NCBI RefSeq assembly: GCF_036321535.1
Contig: NC_087437.1
Coordinates: forward strand, 97,962,001-98,026,000
Reading direction: 5' to 3'
DNA: 64,000 bases
Source: Camelus dromedarius
Taxonomy: Eukaryota
The notes below the pieces were generated by a model. The model saw only the letters and a list, made by a program, of their open reading frames with translations. It was not told the DNA's origin and searched no databases. Shown one piece after another: positions 12,861-25,913 of this stretch (position 1 is the stretch's first letter; each line of letters begins with the position of its first letter). Both the position numbers and the translations under genes were made by a program.

Positions 12861-14749
12861 TATAGGTAGGGCAATAGGCACATTTCCCATTGCAAGCTCA
12901 CAATAAAGACAACAAACTTAAGTCTGCTTACTGAACTTCCTCATTCATGAAACAAGCTTAGTGCAGAAATAGCATTTTTCTTTTATTTAACTACTCTAAA
13001 TTTTTGTTATTCTATTTCCTTTATATCAAAAGATGTATTTAGGTCTTTCAGATACTATCACAGAGATTAGTTTCGGAGCTTATGCAAGTGTAGGATATTT
13101 CAAGATTTAAAATGCCTTTAATTATACAAAATGACAAATTTATTAGATAACTAAATTTTTCTTTATCAACATTGTAGTACACATTAAAATATGGGCAGCT
13201 TTCTAATTATTGAAATAAGATAGATTTGTATTAAGAGAAATTTATGTGTTGTCTGTTTCATATCTCAGAAATGCACTTATAATCTTTAAATTTATGTAAT
13301 CTGCCTAGGTTTTGAAGAATTTGAGGCTTTATTCAGGGGAAACCTATCCTAGACCTCTCAAAGCATAGTAAACAGAACATTCATTCAGGCAGCATGAAAG
13401 AGACACTCTATGAAAATCTGTATAAATCAGGGTCCCCAGAGTCCTTTTTAAGATTCAAGATAAGGAAATAATTTTTCTCATTAAACTCCCTTGGTATGAA
13501 TATGATTGTTCAATATTTCATGAATATTTAATGAATTATTATTTCTTATAATTTTTGAATGTTTGACAATTGAAGCTTTATTTGGAATATATGTCTGGCT
13601 GTGTGGGGAAATGGCTAATTATGAATGCTTGACACTGTGTCTTGAAAAGGTCCAGGAAAAATAATTTCTAAGTTTTAGAGAGAGCAGGGAGGATGTTTAA
13701 AGGGATTCTCTACGGTATAAATTTGAGAGTGCCCGATGGGAGTGCTTCTTCATTCTTAATTCTTAAAGTAATATTATTATTATTAATAGTAACATCACTG
13801 ATACCAATAATGAACCTGATGGAGTTAAAATGTTGCAGAAATCTTGCTAGGTGCCTTACTTGTTTAAGCTGGTTCAAGCTACAACTCTGCACTGAAGATG
13901 TTAACATCTCTTTTTGCATTAGAATGAACTAGAGCTTGGATGCTTAAGAACTGAAGCAAATAAGTGCTGAAACTAAGTCTGATCCCAAATCTCTGACATT
14001 TCAAAAATCCATGTTCTTAAAATGCATCATGTTGATTTCCTGTACTGAGGAAAAGTTATTTTTCTTTTACTATCTAAAATATAGGTAGATTTTTGCATAC
14101 TGGTTCTGGCACTGTCTCACACAGGAGCTTCCAATAACTGCCAGTTACATGGTGACAATTATGCTTGATTAAGCAGATCCAGTAAGCACTTGATCGACTT
14201 TTTCCCATAAATGCTGACATTCTGCAGCCAAAGGGAAAAGAATACTTGCCATTATTCTAAGCACTCTGGCCATCTCCCCTTGTCTCAACGATAATATCAG
14301 GCTCTGAGTTTCCCAGATTGTTAGACTCAACCTGATTTCATGGTTTCAATCAAATGTCTCCCTGGGCAATTTGAATTTTTGAGGTCTGTAAGTCCTACAA
14401 GTAGACAGGTGACAATTTGTGAGATTTGAGGAGACGCTTGGCAAAGTGTCATTGTTGCTATTGGTCATTCTATTCTTGATAATTCATTGCTATGGAGTTT
14501 GAAGTCTTTAAAATGTTACAAAATCCTCTAAAAATACATAGGAAAGAGTGATTTGAAAGTTATAAATGTATACTATTATAAGAATCTAAACAACCTCACA
14601 AGATAATACAAATAGCATACTGATTTATACTCCACTGAAAAGATGACTTTAGCAAGGCTTTCAAAAGCTGTATCTGAATCATTCAAGGAGCTCGATACTG
14701 CTCTGGAACCTATGTTCCCTGCCTCAGATAGTTATACTCTTAAACAGAG

Positions 14750-15130
14750 TTTTAGGGTAATATAAGTGGCTTAAGATAATAAAATTAAATTTTATGTGTC
14801 ACTCTAATGTGGGTCAAGCAGCAGTCCTGAATGACTCTCTACAAATATGACTCAAGGATTCAGACTTTTGCTGTAGTCTCCATAATTCAGTGTTCCACAC
14901 GTCAGAGTCCATTGCTTCCAGGTATATGGATAAAGGAGCGAGAAAGCACAGGAAGAGTAAGGAAAACCTAGTGAGGGGAGGACATGAACCTCAAAGAATT
15001 ATCTTATGGGCCAGGCCCTAACTTTGGCCAGAACTGGTCACATGGACTGAACTGAATGCAAGAGAGCTGATAATGTGCCTAGGAGGCTAATAGGCACAGT
15101 TTGGTGGACACATGTCATTTTCTCTGCCTC
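14750..15130. mobile_element. Old MaLR LTR fragment (MLT1J/K-like)
   Basis: Motifs ttggccagaactggtcacatgg...aactgaatgcaagagagctg and agtggcttaa. Confidence 0.5.
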
Positions 15131-15372
15131 ATAGGTTATGTGAGTAAGGCTGGATAGAGCAGAAAAAAAGCAAAATCAAATAAGCATGAAAAACTTTGAT
15201 CATAATAGAATTTTAATGGGTGCCCAACATTGCCTTCATAGTTAATATAGGCCTGTACAAAAAAATATGTGATCGAGATATGACTTTGAACCAGGTTATT
15301 TTCATTTTCAGAATCTATAGTATGGTCTGTGGGAGAAGCAGATGGGGACTATTGATAAGGAGTACCTGAAAC

Positions 15373-15545
15373 CAGGGCTGCCTTTTAGGGTATGTAACCT
15401 GTGTTGTTTCACAGGGCTCTGCACTCACAAAGGCCCCACATTTGGCTTAATGCTTTGCTATTACTGTCTTAAAATTCATCATAATTCTGAACCAGGGGCT
15501 CCACATTTTCATCTTGCACTGGGTCATTATGCTAAGCATCCTGGA
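15373..15545 (+). mobile_element. MER91A-like hAT DNA-transposon MITE
   Basis: Follows the recalled MER91A consensus: cagggc...acctgtg...cacaggg...ttggcttaatgct...gtcttaaaattc...ggggctccacattttcatcttgcactggg. Confidence 0.7.
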
Positions 15546-15692
15546 TGTTTCTCATTATGTAGCAGGTCCGACCTGAAATTCATGTCTTATTAGAGACTAA
15601 AACTGGACTCAATGATAAAATGAAGATACAGTCTTTAAGATGCAGTTAATGCTAATTGACCTTTGAAAGAAGACAAGTTACAAAAGCAAAGC

Positions 15693-15730
<38 letters not shown>
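15693..15730 (+). repeat. (TG)n microsatellite with one interruption
   Basis: Read directly from the sequence. Confidence 0.95.
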
Positions 15731-16289
15731 CATGCATGCACATCTGCACACATGAGTACGTACCCATACAGGAGTGTATTTTTTTTAGGACAAAGTTTAT
15801 TGGGAACAATTTGTTTTAACTGATATTTGTCGAGCATCATTCCATTGTTTATTGTTAGCTACTCATGTGAAGAGCTGGTTGATGTCTATAGCACAAACAT
15901 TTGTTTCACATAAATGGGCGTTTCAGTTGGGTAAGTTTTAATTAAGCAACCATTATTGTACAAGTAGTTGTTTTTGAAACCATGAGAAAACTACTATAAT
16001 TTGCTAATTCTGTTATCTAGAATCTGAAGGTGTTGAATCTTGTCTACTGTAACATTGAATACGATTTGACTATGAATGTCCCAGATGTTTGGGCAACAAA
16101 AGAAAGTATAAGAAACCCTTCCAATATAATGTGTTACATTTATTTTCTACTGCAAATACCTGGACACAGTTTAACTCTTCTCAAGCTCATAGAATCATTT
16201 GGTTCTGAAATGAATGACTTATTTTTAAGTTCTGCTTCCACACCACTTTCCTATATTGCTACTCTAGCATATCACATTTCGTAGGGATT

Positions 16290-16440
16290 TATTTATTTAC
16301 ACATTTGCCAGAGGAGCACACTGAACTCTTAACTTCTTGAGAACAGGTGCTATTGCTATTCGTCTTGCTATTCCCAGAGCTGAGTAGAGTTTCCAGGCAC
16401 CCTGAACATGTTCAATAAATATTTAATGAAGAAATGAAGA
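16290..16440 (+). mobile_element. LINE-2 3' terminal fragment
   Basis: L2 tail motif cttgagaacagg...tgttcaataaatatttaatgaagaaatgaa. Confidence 0.55.
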
Positions 16441-16633
16441 AATAAATAAGTCATGATAAAAATATCGTTTTTCTTTAAGCAAAATAAATATGTCCAAGTC
16501 TTAAAGGAAGCTTCTGGTCTTAATAAAGCCAAAATCAGGACTTTTTTATTTTGCAGGGGCATTTTAAACTTGCGTTATGCTCTTTAGCCCATAACAGCCA
16601 TGTTCCAGGTAGGGATGAAAGAAAGCATGTTTA

Positions 16634-16791
16634 GGGGGAGGGTATAGCTCAAGAGGTAGAGTGCTTGCTTAGCATGCATGAACTTTTGGGTTCAATCCCC
16701 ATTACCTCCATTAAAAAGAAATAAATAAAATAAACCTAATTGCCTCCCCCACAAAGAAAACTAAAAAAAAAAAAAAGAAAAAAAAAAGAAA
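16634..16791 (+). mobile_element. Full-length tRNA-Ala-derived SINE (camelid Vic-1 type)
   Basis: Head GGGGAGGGTATAGCTCAAGAGGTAGAGTGCTTGCTTAGCATGCATG...GGTTCAATCCCC with Pol III A and B boxes. It is followed by aaataaacctaattgcctccccc and an A-rich tail. GAAAGAAAGCAT is repeated at 16617-16628 and 16792-16803. Confidence 0.88.
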
Positions 16792-17080
16792 GAAAGAAAG
16801 CATACTCATCAAGTGAAATTTTAAAACATCTGAAGGGTAAAAATACTTGTCATTTTCAGAAATTCAGTATTTTATTGAAAGAGGTTTTTGTCCTGTTTTA
16901 AAAAAATGGCTTGCTTAATGTAAGTAAAGAAGAATATACATAATTTTCAAAGGATATATATGTTGATACAGTTTTGTATTAAACTTACTGCTAATAATAT
17001 AATTTTTCACATGTCTCCTAGTAATGAACATGAATAGAGTTCACTATCCTTTTGTTTAAGCCTGAAAATGGTTTATATAC

Positions 17081-17572
17081 TGTGTTAGTTTCCTGTGCTA
17101 ACTATCACAAACTCAGTAGCTTAAAAAACAACAGAAATTTATTCTCTCCTAGTTCTGGAAGTCAGAAGTCTAGGACTAGTATCACTGGACCAAAATCCAA
17201 AGCATGTCTGCAAGATCACACTTCCTTTGGAGGCTCCAGAAGAAAATCCATTCCTTGCCTCTTCCAGCTTCTAGTAGCTGCTAGCATTCCTTGGTTTATG
17301 GACACATCACTCTAATCATCAAAGTCAGCATCTTCAAATCTGCGCTCAGTCTTCACATTGCCTTCTCTTCTTTGTGTGTCAAATCTCCTTCCTCTTTCAT
17401 ATAAGGACACTCGTGGTTACATTTAGGGCCTCCCAGATAATTCGGGATAGTCTCCCTATCTCAAGATTCTTAATCCCATTTGCAAAGACCCTTTTCCCAA
17501 ATAAGGTAATATTTATGAGGTTCCGTGAATTAGAATCTTCTGTCTTTGGGAGTGATTATTCAGGCTGCTACA
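17081..17572 (-). mobile_element. MaLR solo LTR (MLT1A/B/C-like)
   Basis: TG...CA ends. Motifs gcttaaaaaacaacagaaatttattctctc, ttccagcttctagtagctgc, gcaaagacccttttcccaaataaggt. Confidence 0.85.
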
Positions 17573-19425
17573 TTTAACCTGTTCACTTTTGCATTAATGA
17601 CTATGTAGTGGGATTCTAGATGATGTATAACAATGTACTTTTCTCAGTGCTCACTGACACAGGAATAAGGGTGATGTGTAATAAGTGAGTTGGAGAACTA
17701 TAAACTAAATAATACTTTAAAGGTAAGGCTGCCTAAAGAAGCAGGCTTTGGCAAGTAAAGCTCAGAGAGGGAGCTCATAAACTTCATGATAATACCTCGT
17801 ATAAATTAAAGTAATGTTAATTGTCTCCCCCAAAGCAAGGCCATTAAGCAGCTTATTGCTCCTACCTTTAGAATTTATTTTGGTATTTCTTGTGGTCCTA
17901 CCTTTCCAATGGTATTTTACTTTTTACCCAGAAGGGATATAAACACTTCCTGACAGTCCCTTCTGGTATATTTCATCTCTAAGTATAACAAGAGGAGGGA
18001 AATAAATGACCACATAGGTACTGATAAGCTCTGCAGCGATCAGAGATAAAAGGCTCTAGAAAGACGCCAGCATGTAGTTTCATTTTGAAACACAGTTCCT
18101 AACAAATGGAAAGAATAACTGTGTCTACTTACATTCCCCAGTTACAAGCAGCTAGCCTGGCAGTGACCTTGACACTAACTAAGGAGGAACTTTCTGTTTC
18201 ATTTTTTCCACTATGTTGAGGTAAGATCCTCTGAACCATGAAAAAAGATGTTTCGTTCCTTAAACACATTTTTATCCATCTCCTACTATGTGCCAGAAAA
18301 CTGTGTGTAAATCCCTAGCTAATCCAGTTGCTTTCTTTCTCCCTGTCAGTTGCTTTCCATGTGATTTTCAAGTCCTCAAAACTTTTAGAATTCTACGCTT
18401 GGTCATTTAGAACAGAACCAAGGAATCAAGGCCATAAAAGGACAGCTTAGTTGGAGGAGGGGTGAGTGGAAAAGGAAAAAAACCAAGAATGCTAAGAAGT
18501 TGCGTAAATGTCCTCTAGCACATCCCCTACTCTGAGGGCTAATGTACTGTAGCAATTCATCAGTCATTCTAATAGTCTTTTAACTTCTGTCAGAAAGCCT
18601 GCTAAATGCTAACATCTTAAATGTTTAATATTCTAAAACATATTTTCATTAATCATGCAAATTATCTGGGTATCCGTATTTTACAGTAACTCTTTTCAGA
18701 GATTGAGGCCTAAGGCTTTGTGTATGAGAGACCCATGTTAGTGAATGATACTATAGACGAAATGTAACTCAAAATTAAAGAATTTTAGAAATGAAACTTT
18801 GCTAGTGAAATTCCAGTAGCTGTGTGCTATCACATTTACTAAAAAAAAAAAAAAAAACAAAAAAACCCAAAAACTGTCATTAATGTCAAATCCTTGTGAT
18901 TATGGAGCAACCAGCTAAACTATGCACTTGCTTCATTCTATTTTATTACATAGTTGGTGGATAGATATTAATGGTAGTAGATGGTATATTGTCCTAATAG
19001 AAATAATCTTATGTTTCATAGCAAAATGGACTGTGGGCTCAGTTGTTAGAAAAAGGTAGAACATGAGTTCCTTGCAGTTATGTTGGCCTGAACTGCACCA
19101 TGAAAACCTTCATTTTTATGCTACCAGTCACCTCAATTCCAAGGATTCTTAGTTGCTTGAGAAAAGGAGAAACATGTAGATTGGCCCCATGAAGCAGATG
19201 GATAAGGAATTGAAAGGGTAAATGGTATGAGTTTTGGTAGTGTTAGTGGAAATGCTTTACCCTGAAGCCATTTGATTGTCAGCAGAAATGAAGCTTGGTA
19301 GTGAAAGAGAAATGACCCGAGACCACGTAAATATGGTTAAACTGGAGTCACAAAGCACTAGTGCTCACTGGACTCAAGAACATGACCTAAGCGACTGGAA
19401 GTCATGAGCGATGGTGGTGGATCAG

Positions 19426-19900
19426 TGCACTAGTCCAACTCCCAACAGGAAACATATGGCACAATAGACTGAAGGTAATTCAAGGAAGGCTTATTTATAA
19501 AGGGGCTAATTACAAATCCGTGGGCAGGGTGGAGAGTGGGGGCACCATTAAGGGCTGGGCAGGTAGTGAGAGCTAACAGGCAAGAGCTGTTATTAAATAT
19601 AGGCCTTAGAAGATGAGACAATTACCAGAATTTGAAGGAAAGAGAGTCATTACAAAAAGTCACCTCTGGGGGACTAGTGACCTTTGATTAAGGGAGACAG
19701 CCAGCACAGGTGATCTCATGGAGAGAGCAAATGCCCTGACTTCACTCCCCTCTCTCTCTTCAGTCTCCTAATGGGGCTTTCCATTCTTTGAGCCTAACAG
19801 GAACCCGAGGACACAGATCAAGAATGTGGTCCATGCAGGTTAGCCTCCCTGTGTGGACACCAGGGCTTCCCACGTGGAGAGTGAGGGTGAACACAGGGAG
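19426..19900. mobile_element. ERVL solo LTR (LTR33-like)
   Basis: tgcactagtcc...caggaaacatatggcaca...gggctaattacaaatccgtgggcagggt and ccctgacttcactc resemble recalled LTR33. Confidence 0.6.
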
Positions 19901-20133
19901 TCAGAGATGTCTAATTTTGGTATGCATACCACTTTGATTATGTAAGCAAAGTTCATAACCACCCTTTGATTGCTTTTCTTACAATTCTTTTTTTAAAACC
20001 ATTTCTTTTGCAGTTAGTTTCTTGTACGATATCACCTGATACTGTATTCATTATCTTAACAAAATTTCTCGTAGCAGTGCTGCTTCTCCAGTACACAAGT
20101 GTGAACCACCTTAGCCTCTGAGTAGTCAGATAC

Positions 20134-20134
<1 letters not shown>

Positions 20135-20162
<28 letters not shown>
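20135..20162 (+). repeat. Pure poly(A) run of 28 nt
   Basis: Read directly from the sequence. Confidence 0.9.
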
Positions 20163-20165
<3 letters not shown>

Positions 20166-21454
20166 GAATGCCGTCCAGACAGTTCTTTATTCTGAACTTT
20201 ATTCTTCACATTACTAATCAGTTGGTGTAACAGTGTGCTTTTAAATACCTGTAGTCCTTACTGCTAAAGGAACACTGAAGTCTTCACTTTTTTTTCACAT
20301 AGTTTGCCTTCTAATTTTACTTTTCTAGTAAAGTATTTAACTATTTCTTCCTGAATCATGGATTCTAAGGTGCAATAAAAATCCAAAGGGAAGTATATTT
20401 GTTGTTATACAGAGAAACATTTTTTTTAAGAGCATTTTCAATGATTTCTGCTGGAATGAATGAGTAAAGATTTCAAGAATAAATAGTGGCAGAAAACCAA
20501 CTTTACTGTTGTACATAAGTTGATGCAGCCCCTGGGTACAAGTACTTCTGTATCTCCTTTTGTTGAGTTCTCTATTTTTTATGAATATGCATATTGGGGG
20601 GAAAAACTTCCATCTGCTCTCTTTTAGCTGATTCTATCACATTTTTGAGCTGTGCATCATTATGGAGCTTCAGAGAAAGATGATCATTTACATTACATAC
20701 GGATATAAAGGAGAGGAGGAGTTGATGAATTGCAAACAAGTATAATTTATATGGACGAAGTGTGCCAGAAGTGCTTTTCACCCCATTTTACTCTGCAAAT
20801 GGAATGATTCCTGCCCATTCGCTTGGCCCAGTGCCCAAATACTCAGAGAGGAAAACAGTCCCTTTAGCTTGTGCATCAGGATTTCACTTCTTTCCTGTGA
20901 GGAGACAGTGCTTTGCACTCATGCTCACCAGGGACCACAGAGGTCAAAAGAAATCTCTGAACATTCTAATGTCATATTTTATATTCTTCTGTCATGGCTT
21001 CCTCATTTATAATAAACATCATTTGGACACACTGATCCTCTGTGTGTGTGAGAAGTCTGCATGATGGAGAAGGAAAGGAGAAGTGATGAAAAGCTTTTAT
21101 TTTCCCCGTAACCTGTCTCCGTGCTTTGATTTCCCATGGTAGATCACTTGTGTAAATGCCCATAAGCTTTGCAAGTAAGTAAATTTTACATTTAGGCTGT
21201 CTTCCTGAGAGCTTCTCTGTTGGCTTTAGCGCAATCAGCTGTAACTCTCTACTGCAAATACCAAGGCCCAAGATGCAGTAATCACCCCAGATCTTTTATT
21301 TATTTAATGTAAGCATTCATTTATATGTTTATTCATTTATTCTTCAAAAATGATTATCCCTATCAGGTACCAAGAGTGAGGACTCAGAGCCGCATACAAT
21401 ATAACCTCTTCCTAAACTGCCAGGAGTAAACAAAGTAAATCATCTTTCTTGAAA

Positions 21455-21550
21455 AAAATATTTATTTGCTATTGTTATCATTTTATTTTACTCTGTCTTG
21501 ATGGGGGGAGGTAGTTAGGTTTATTTATTTTTAGTAGAGCTAGTGGGGAT
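21455..21550 (-). mobile_element. 5'-truncated copy of the Vic-1-type SINE
   Basis: The reverse complement atccccactagctctactaaaaataaataaacctaactacctcccccc matches the 3' half of the SINE at 16634. Confidence 0.7.
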
Positions 21551-21779
21551 AAACAAAGAAATATTCTGTCATGACAAAAATGGTCATTTATTCTGTGAGG
21601 GTCTGCTAAAGCAGCTGACTCTCTGTCTTGCTTGTGGACAACACAGTTGTCTTAGCCCACGGGAGATTTGTGTCTGAAGAATTTCAAGTCACTGCTAGAC
21701 CATGGCTTGTCTTATGGTAGCATGTGTGCTGCTTTGAGTCATGCTCAGACATCAGTTTTCCTGCACATACTGCATGCCT

Positions 21780-21940
21780 TGCACTGAGTGCTTTGGACAT
21801 TTTATCTCATTTAATCAACAATATAATATGGAATATTAGTACTATAATTATATACATTTGATAGAGGGGAGAAAACTAAGCTCAGAGGATAAGTGACTTG
21901 CCCAAAGTCACACAGTCCTCAAACCCAGATCTCCAGGCTC
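21780..21940 (-). mobile_element. MIR SINE
   Basis: Motif atctcatttaatc...gaaaactaagctcagaggataagtgacttgcccaaagtcacacag. Confidence 0.8.
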
Positions 21941-23729
21941 TGTGTTCAGATCAATGTTGGCTGTGATGAGATGAATTCAGTGGTAAGATGGCAGGTAGCG
22001 TAAAGTGTGGGTTACTTCTATCTTATTTCCACAGCCAAGAAACACGGTCAAATTTAGAAACTGCTGTTCTTTTGCCTATATTTAGTCTCTATTCATTTTG
22101 CTCTCAACCTTTACATAATTTCAGCATGAATTCCCACTTTATGAAGGAGTACTTGAAGTCTGCATGCTGATTAGTTATACAGTTTTCTTTATCAGTGGTT
22201 GGGGGATGGAAGTGCATGTGTGTGTGGGGGGGTGATGGAGTATCTAAAATTTCATCACATTATTTTTCTCAGAACTTACGCTGTAACGGAAGTTTCTCAA
22301 CATGAAATGTCATCAATTTGGCCTCACTCAGGAAGTTGCAAGGCACTTGACTGTAACCTCAGTGAATTGGACGTTGTCTAAAGCCTGAAAATCTTTAGCT
22401 GCCTGTCATTTTAGAAGTTTTAAAAGTTATTTTATTTCTTAATTAATTCTCTTTGCAATTTGATTGATTTAAAAAAAAGCTTCTTAAGGGTGAAGATACA
22501 TTTGTGTTTATATCAGAAGTAGAATGGGAGAGGGGAGGGATGTCAGAATTTAAATCATCTAATTTTTGCTCTTATCAAAATAGTATTATGAAGATTTTAT
22601 CCACTTATCTGAAATAAAATTTCTCTAACCATGCATGTTGTCACAACGTACTTGAATCTGTAAATATGGGCTATCCCTGAGATCAGAATAATAATTGCAT
22701 TCCACAGTGGTTTTACAACCTTTCTGTACTAAAAGACCCAGTTGTGTCCAATGGAGAGGTGATGACGAGATTCTGATGCAGATTATCTGATCCAAAGGGC
22801 CTTTGTGGCAGCATATGTATTCCGTATCTAAATATTGTTGAATGAATAAACAAGTGAATGAGACTGGAACTCTCACTGGGTTTCAGCCTAGAAGCACAAA
22901 GCCAGTGTAATCATCTGGTAAAGATTAAAATGTCGACCCTTGAACCACTTTCACATCTGTCTCCTAGTCAACAGTGGAAGGTCTAAGTCCCTCACAACCT
23001 TGGATGAACTATTTCTGCCGGCAGCTGAAACCTCATGGCGTCTCTGCTTTCCTCCTTCTCTCTTTGCATGAATCCAGCTTCTCTTCATCTGCTTCAGTCT
23101 CCTCAAGGCCTCTGCAGCACTTCTGCTCAAAAGTATTTCTCTAAATTCTTAATTGGGTACCTTCATTTTGAAGGGATGGAAGTTGTGACTGAATATGTTT
23201 CACAAGTTTCTACCATTTTACAATCAGGAAGTTCCTTATATGCTCACCAGCTTACAATTCCCTGACATCTTCATAAAGAAGCTCTACTCTTTTGACCTCC
23301 TTGAGGCAGCAGATTGATTAAAGATTAAGAAGTATGGCCAGTGGTTGTGCTGTGTCTATGGAGGCCCTAGAAAAATCTGTTTGAAGTGGTAGTCCTAGCA
23401 GGAGTGGGGCCATGATGGAGCCAGCATATTGGAAATTTGAAATTGAAACACTATTTCCTGCTGTGGAGAGGAAGGAACAGAAGTAGACATGTGCTTTACT
23501 CCTGACCTGGGTACCGCATCTGGGATCACCTCTCATGGATCTGGAAAAATATGCTAGAGATTAACTGTGTGTTTCCTCCAGCATTTGAAACACCACTTTG
23601 TATTTCCTGATTTTTCCTAATTTTTAAAATTAATTTGAAAAACTTTTTGGCCACTTTGGAAGGTATTGTATAGGTTGGGTAGATTGATTTAAATATTAAT
23701 ATGGAGTGTGTTGTATGGGGATAATCATT

Positions 23730-25080
23730 ATATTCAATGCAATCCGGCAAACAATTCCTGAATGTCCACTCTTTGTCTGGGATTATGCCAGAGATTGAAA
23801 TGACTAAACGGAATAGTCTCTGTCACCAGGAGATCACAGTCTCGTGAAAGGGCAAGCGTCACGCAAATAGATAAAGTATAATATGATGTGTTACAACTAA
23901 CAGAGATACAAATTGCTATGAAAAAACAAAGTGGAGGACACTAAAGAGACTCACAGAAGGCGTCACGGAGTAAATGACTTTTGTGATGAGTCTTAAGACA
24001 GAAAACAGAGGGAGGCTTCTGGATATAAAAAATAACAGGAGCCACTCCAGCAAAATAAATAGCGTAAGAAAAGTCACAAAGGGAATAGTGAACTCAGGGA
24101 ATTGCAAGAAGGTTGTTATGGCTGGAGAGTGTAGGGTGAGAAGGGAGAGAGGAAAGATATGACTCATAGGGAAGGTTAAAAATGGTTGAGAAGGACTTTA
24201 TATATCCCGGAGATTTAAGTATTATACCAAAGATAGTGAAAAGCCATTAAAAAATTTTAAGCTGGGAAGTATGTGATTTGAATTTTTTGTTAGAAAGATC
24301 TTTCTAGAGACCATGTGGAGGATGGATTAGAAGGTAGGGCATTGATAGGACAGAGGTCAGTTGGAAAGTTGTTACATCATTTTGCACATGACAGTATGAA
24401 GTCCCAAAGCAAGGCAGCAACCATGGGAATGGATAGAAAGCTGTGAATATGAAAGCGTTTCTAGAAGTTTGATCCATAGAGATTGATTATTTATTGAATC
24501 TGTATGAGAAGGATATATGTGAGATGAAGCAAGAAATTATTTTCTGCTTTGGCTAACTGGGTGGGTATTGGTACTGTTAAAGAGAGAGGTAGATTGGGAA
24601 TAAAATAGGAGAGACAAGGTTGCAGAGAAAATCAAGGATTTGAATATGCTGAGTTGAAGCTTCCTAGAGTGCAGTGGACTGAGCTGTGTCTCCCCAGCCC
24701 CTCACATTCATGTGTTGGAACTCTAAACCCCAATGCATAGTATTTGGAGATAAGGTCTCTGGGAGATGATTAGGTTGAGACAAGGGATTAACCTAGTTAT
24801 CTCCCAAAGACCCTGTCTCTCTCTGCCGTTTCAGGACACAGCAAGAAGGTGGCTATCTGCAAGCCAGGAAGAGAGATCTCACCAGAACCCAACCATGCTG
24901 GCAACCTGATCTTGGACTTCTAACTTCTAGAACTGCGAGAAATAAATTTCTGTTGTTTGAGCCACCCGGACTATGGTGTTTTGCTATGGCAGCCTGAGCT
25001 AATATACAGGGATTCAGGAAGTGGGATAACACAGATCCAGGGTTTAGGAGAGAGACTGAGGTGAAGCAATTGGTTTGGAA

Positions 25081-25082
<2 letters not shown>
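23730..25082 (-). mobile_element. LINE-2, interrupted by an MLT1 LTR
   Basis: L2 antisense motifs aagccattaaaaaattttaagctggga, gaaagatctttct, gatttgaatatgctgagttgaag. L2-like sequence resumes after 25008. Confidence 0.7.
24670..25008 (+). mobile_element. MaLR solo LTR (MLT1A-like)
   Basis: TG...CA ends. Motifs gtatttggagataagg, accatgctggcaacctgatcttggacttc, aactgcgagaaataaatttctgttgttt. Confidence 0.88.
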
Positions 25083-25083
<1 letters not shown>

Positions 25084-25127
<44 letters not shown>

Positions 25128-25160
25128 GTATATATATATATGTATATATACATGTATATG
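25084..25160 (+). repeat. (TA)n microsatellite with TG interruptions
   Basis: Read directly from the sequence. Confidence 0.95.
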
Positions 25161-25239
25161 AGATATGTGAAAACATAAGAAATTTTGTGTAAAGTTCTTA
25201 GATGAATATGCCTTCAGTAACACTAGTCTGGAAAATATC

Positions 25240-25913
25240 AAATGCACATAGTTTTTTTTATTATTAAAATTAGGGTATTTCAAAATTTTAAATATTTACA
25301 CTAAAAGGTGAAAAATCTGTACAATTATTAAAATTAGTTTTACTCAATCAGAATTTACAATATATTGTTATCTATACTTTTACATAGATAACAGTGAAGA
25401 AATGAACAAAAAACAGTTACTAAAACTTCACTATGGATCAGGATAAAATGCCTCCAATATTAACACACGCGTTCCCAGTAATTATAAAATGAATGTAAGT
25501 GCTGCTTGCACAATTGGTTAAACAGACACATGCTCCATAATGATTCATTCAGTAATATACATTAATTCAAAACTGGTAGGTATAAAAAAGGAGGATTTTT
25601 TTTGGAAAATCATTTTGCACTTATAAAGCCAAATAAAGCTCATGTCTCACACACTAAAAACTTACACTATACTTTTTTATGATACAGGCAAGTGAGATGC
25701 TAATATATAGTATTTAAAATAATAAATATACATACTACTTACAACAACTGAAAATGTTAGAGCTATGAACTTTTATGTACAATCATTCCCATTAAAACAT
25801 TTTAACTTCAGGTCGTATCTGCAAATACTTCTCTTCCTCTCCTATTTGATCTTTTAGCTCAAGAAGAGTTAAAATCCAAACACATCTGTAGATGTAGAGC
25901 TGAGAATGTGTGT
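25240..25913 (-). other. SAMSN1: SAMSN1 3'UTR (end approximate)
   Basis: AU-rich sequence with no recognisable repeat between the stop codon and an AATAAA hexamer. The cleavage site is inferred. Confidence 0.7.
25257..25262 (-). terminator. Candidate polyadenylation signal AATAAA
   Basis: TTTATT on the + strand about 650 nt past the stop. UGUA motifs lie upstream and GU/U-rich sequence (tgtgcatttgatatttt) lies downstream on the transcript strand. Confidence 0.7.

Noticed and set aside
16634..16711. Functional tRNA-Ala gene
   Set aside because: Stems are degenerate, there is no oligo-T terminator, and it runs into a SINE tail with poly(A) and flanking repeats.
24853..25283. ORFs with IYIYIY runs
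   Set aside because: They are translations of the (TA)n microsatellite and the MLT1 LTR.
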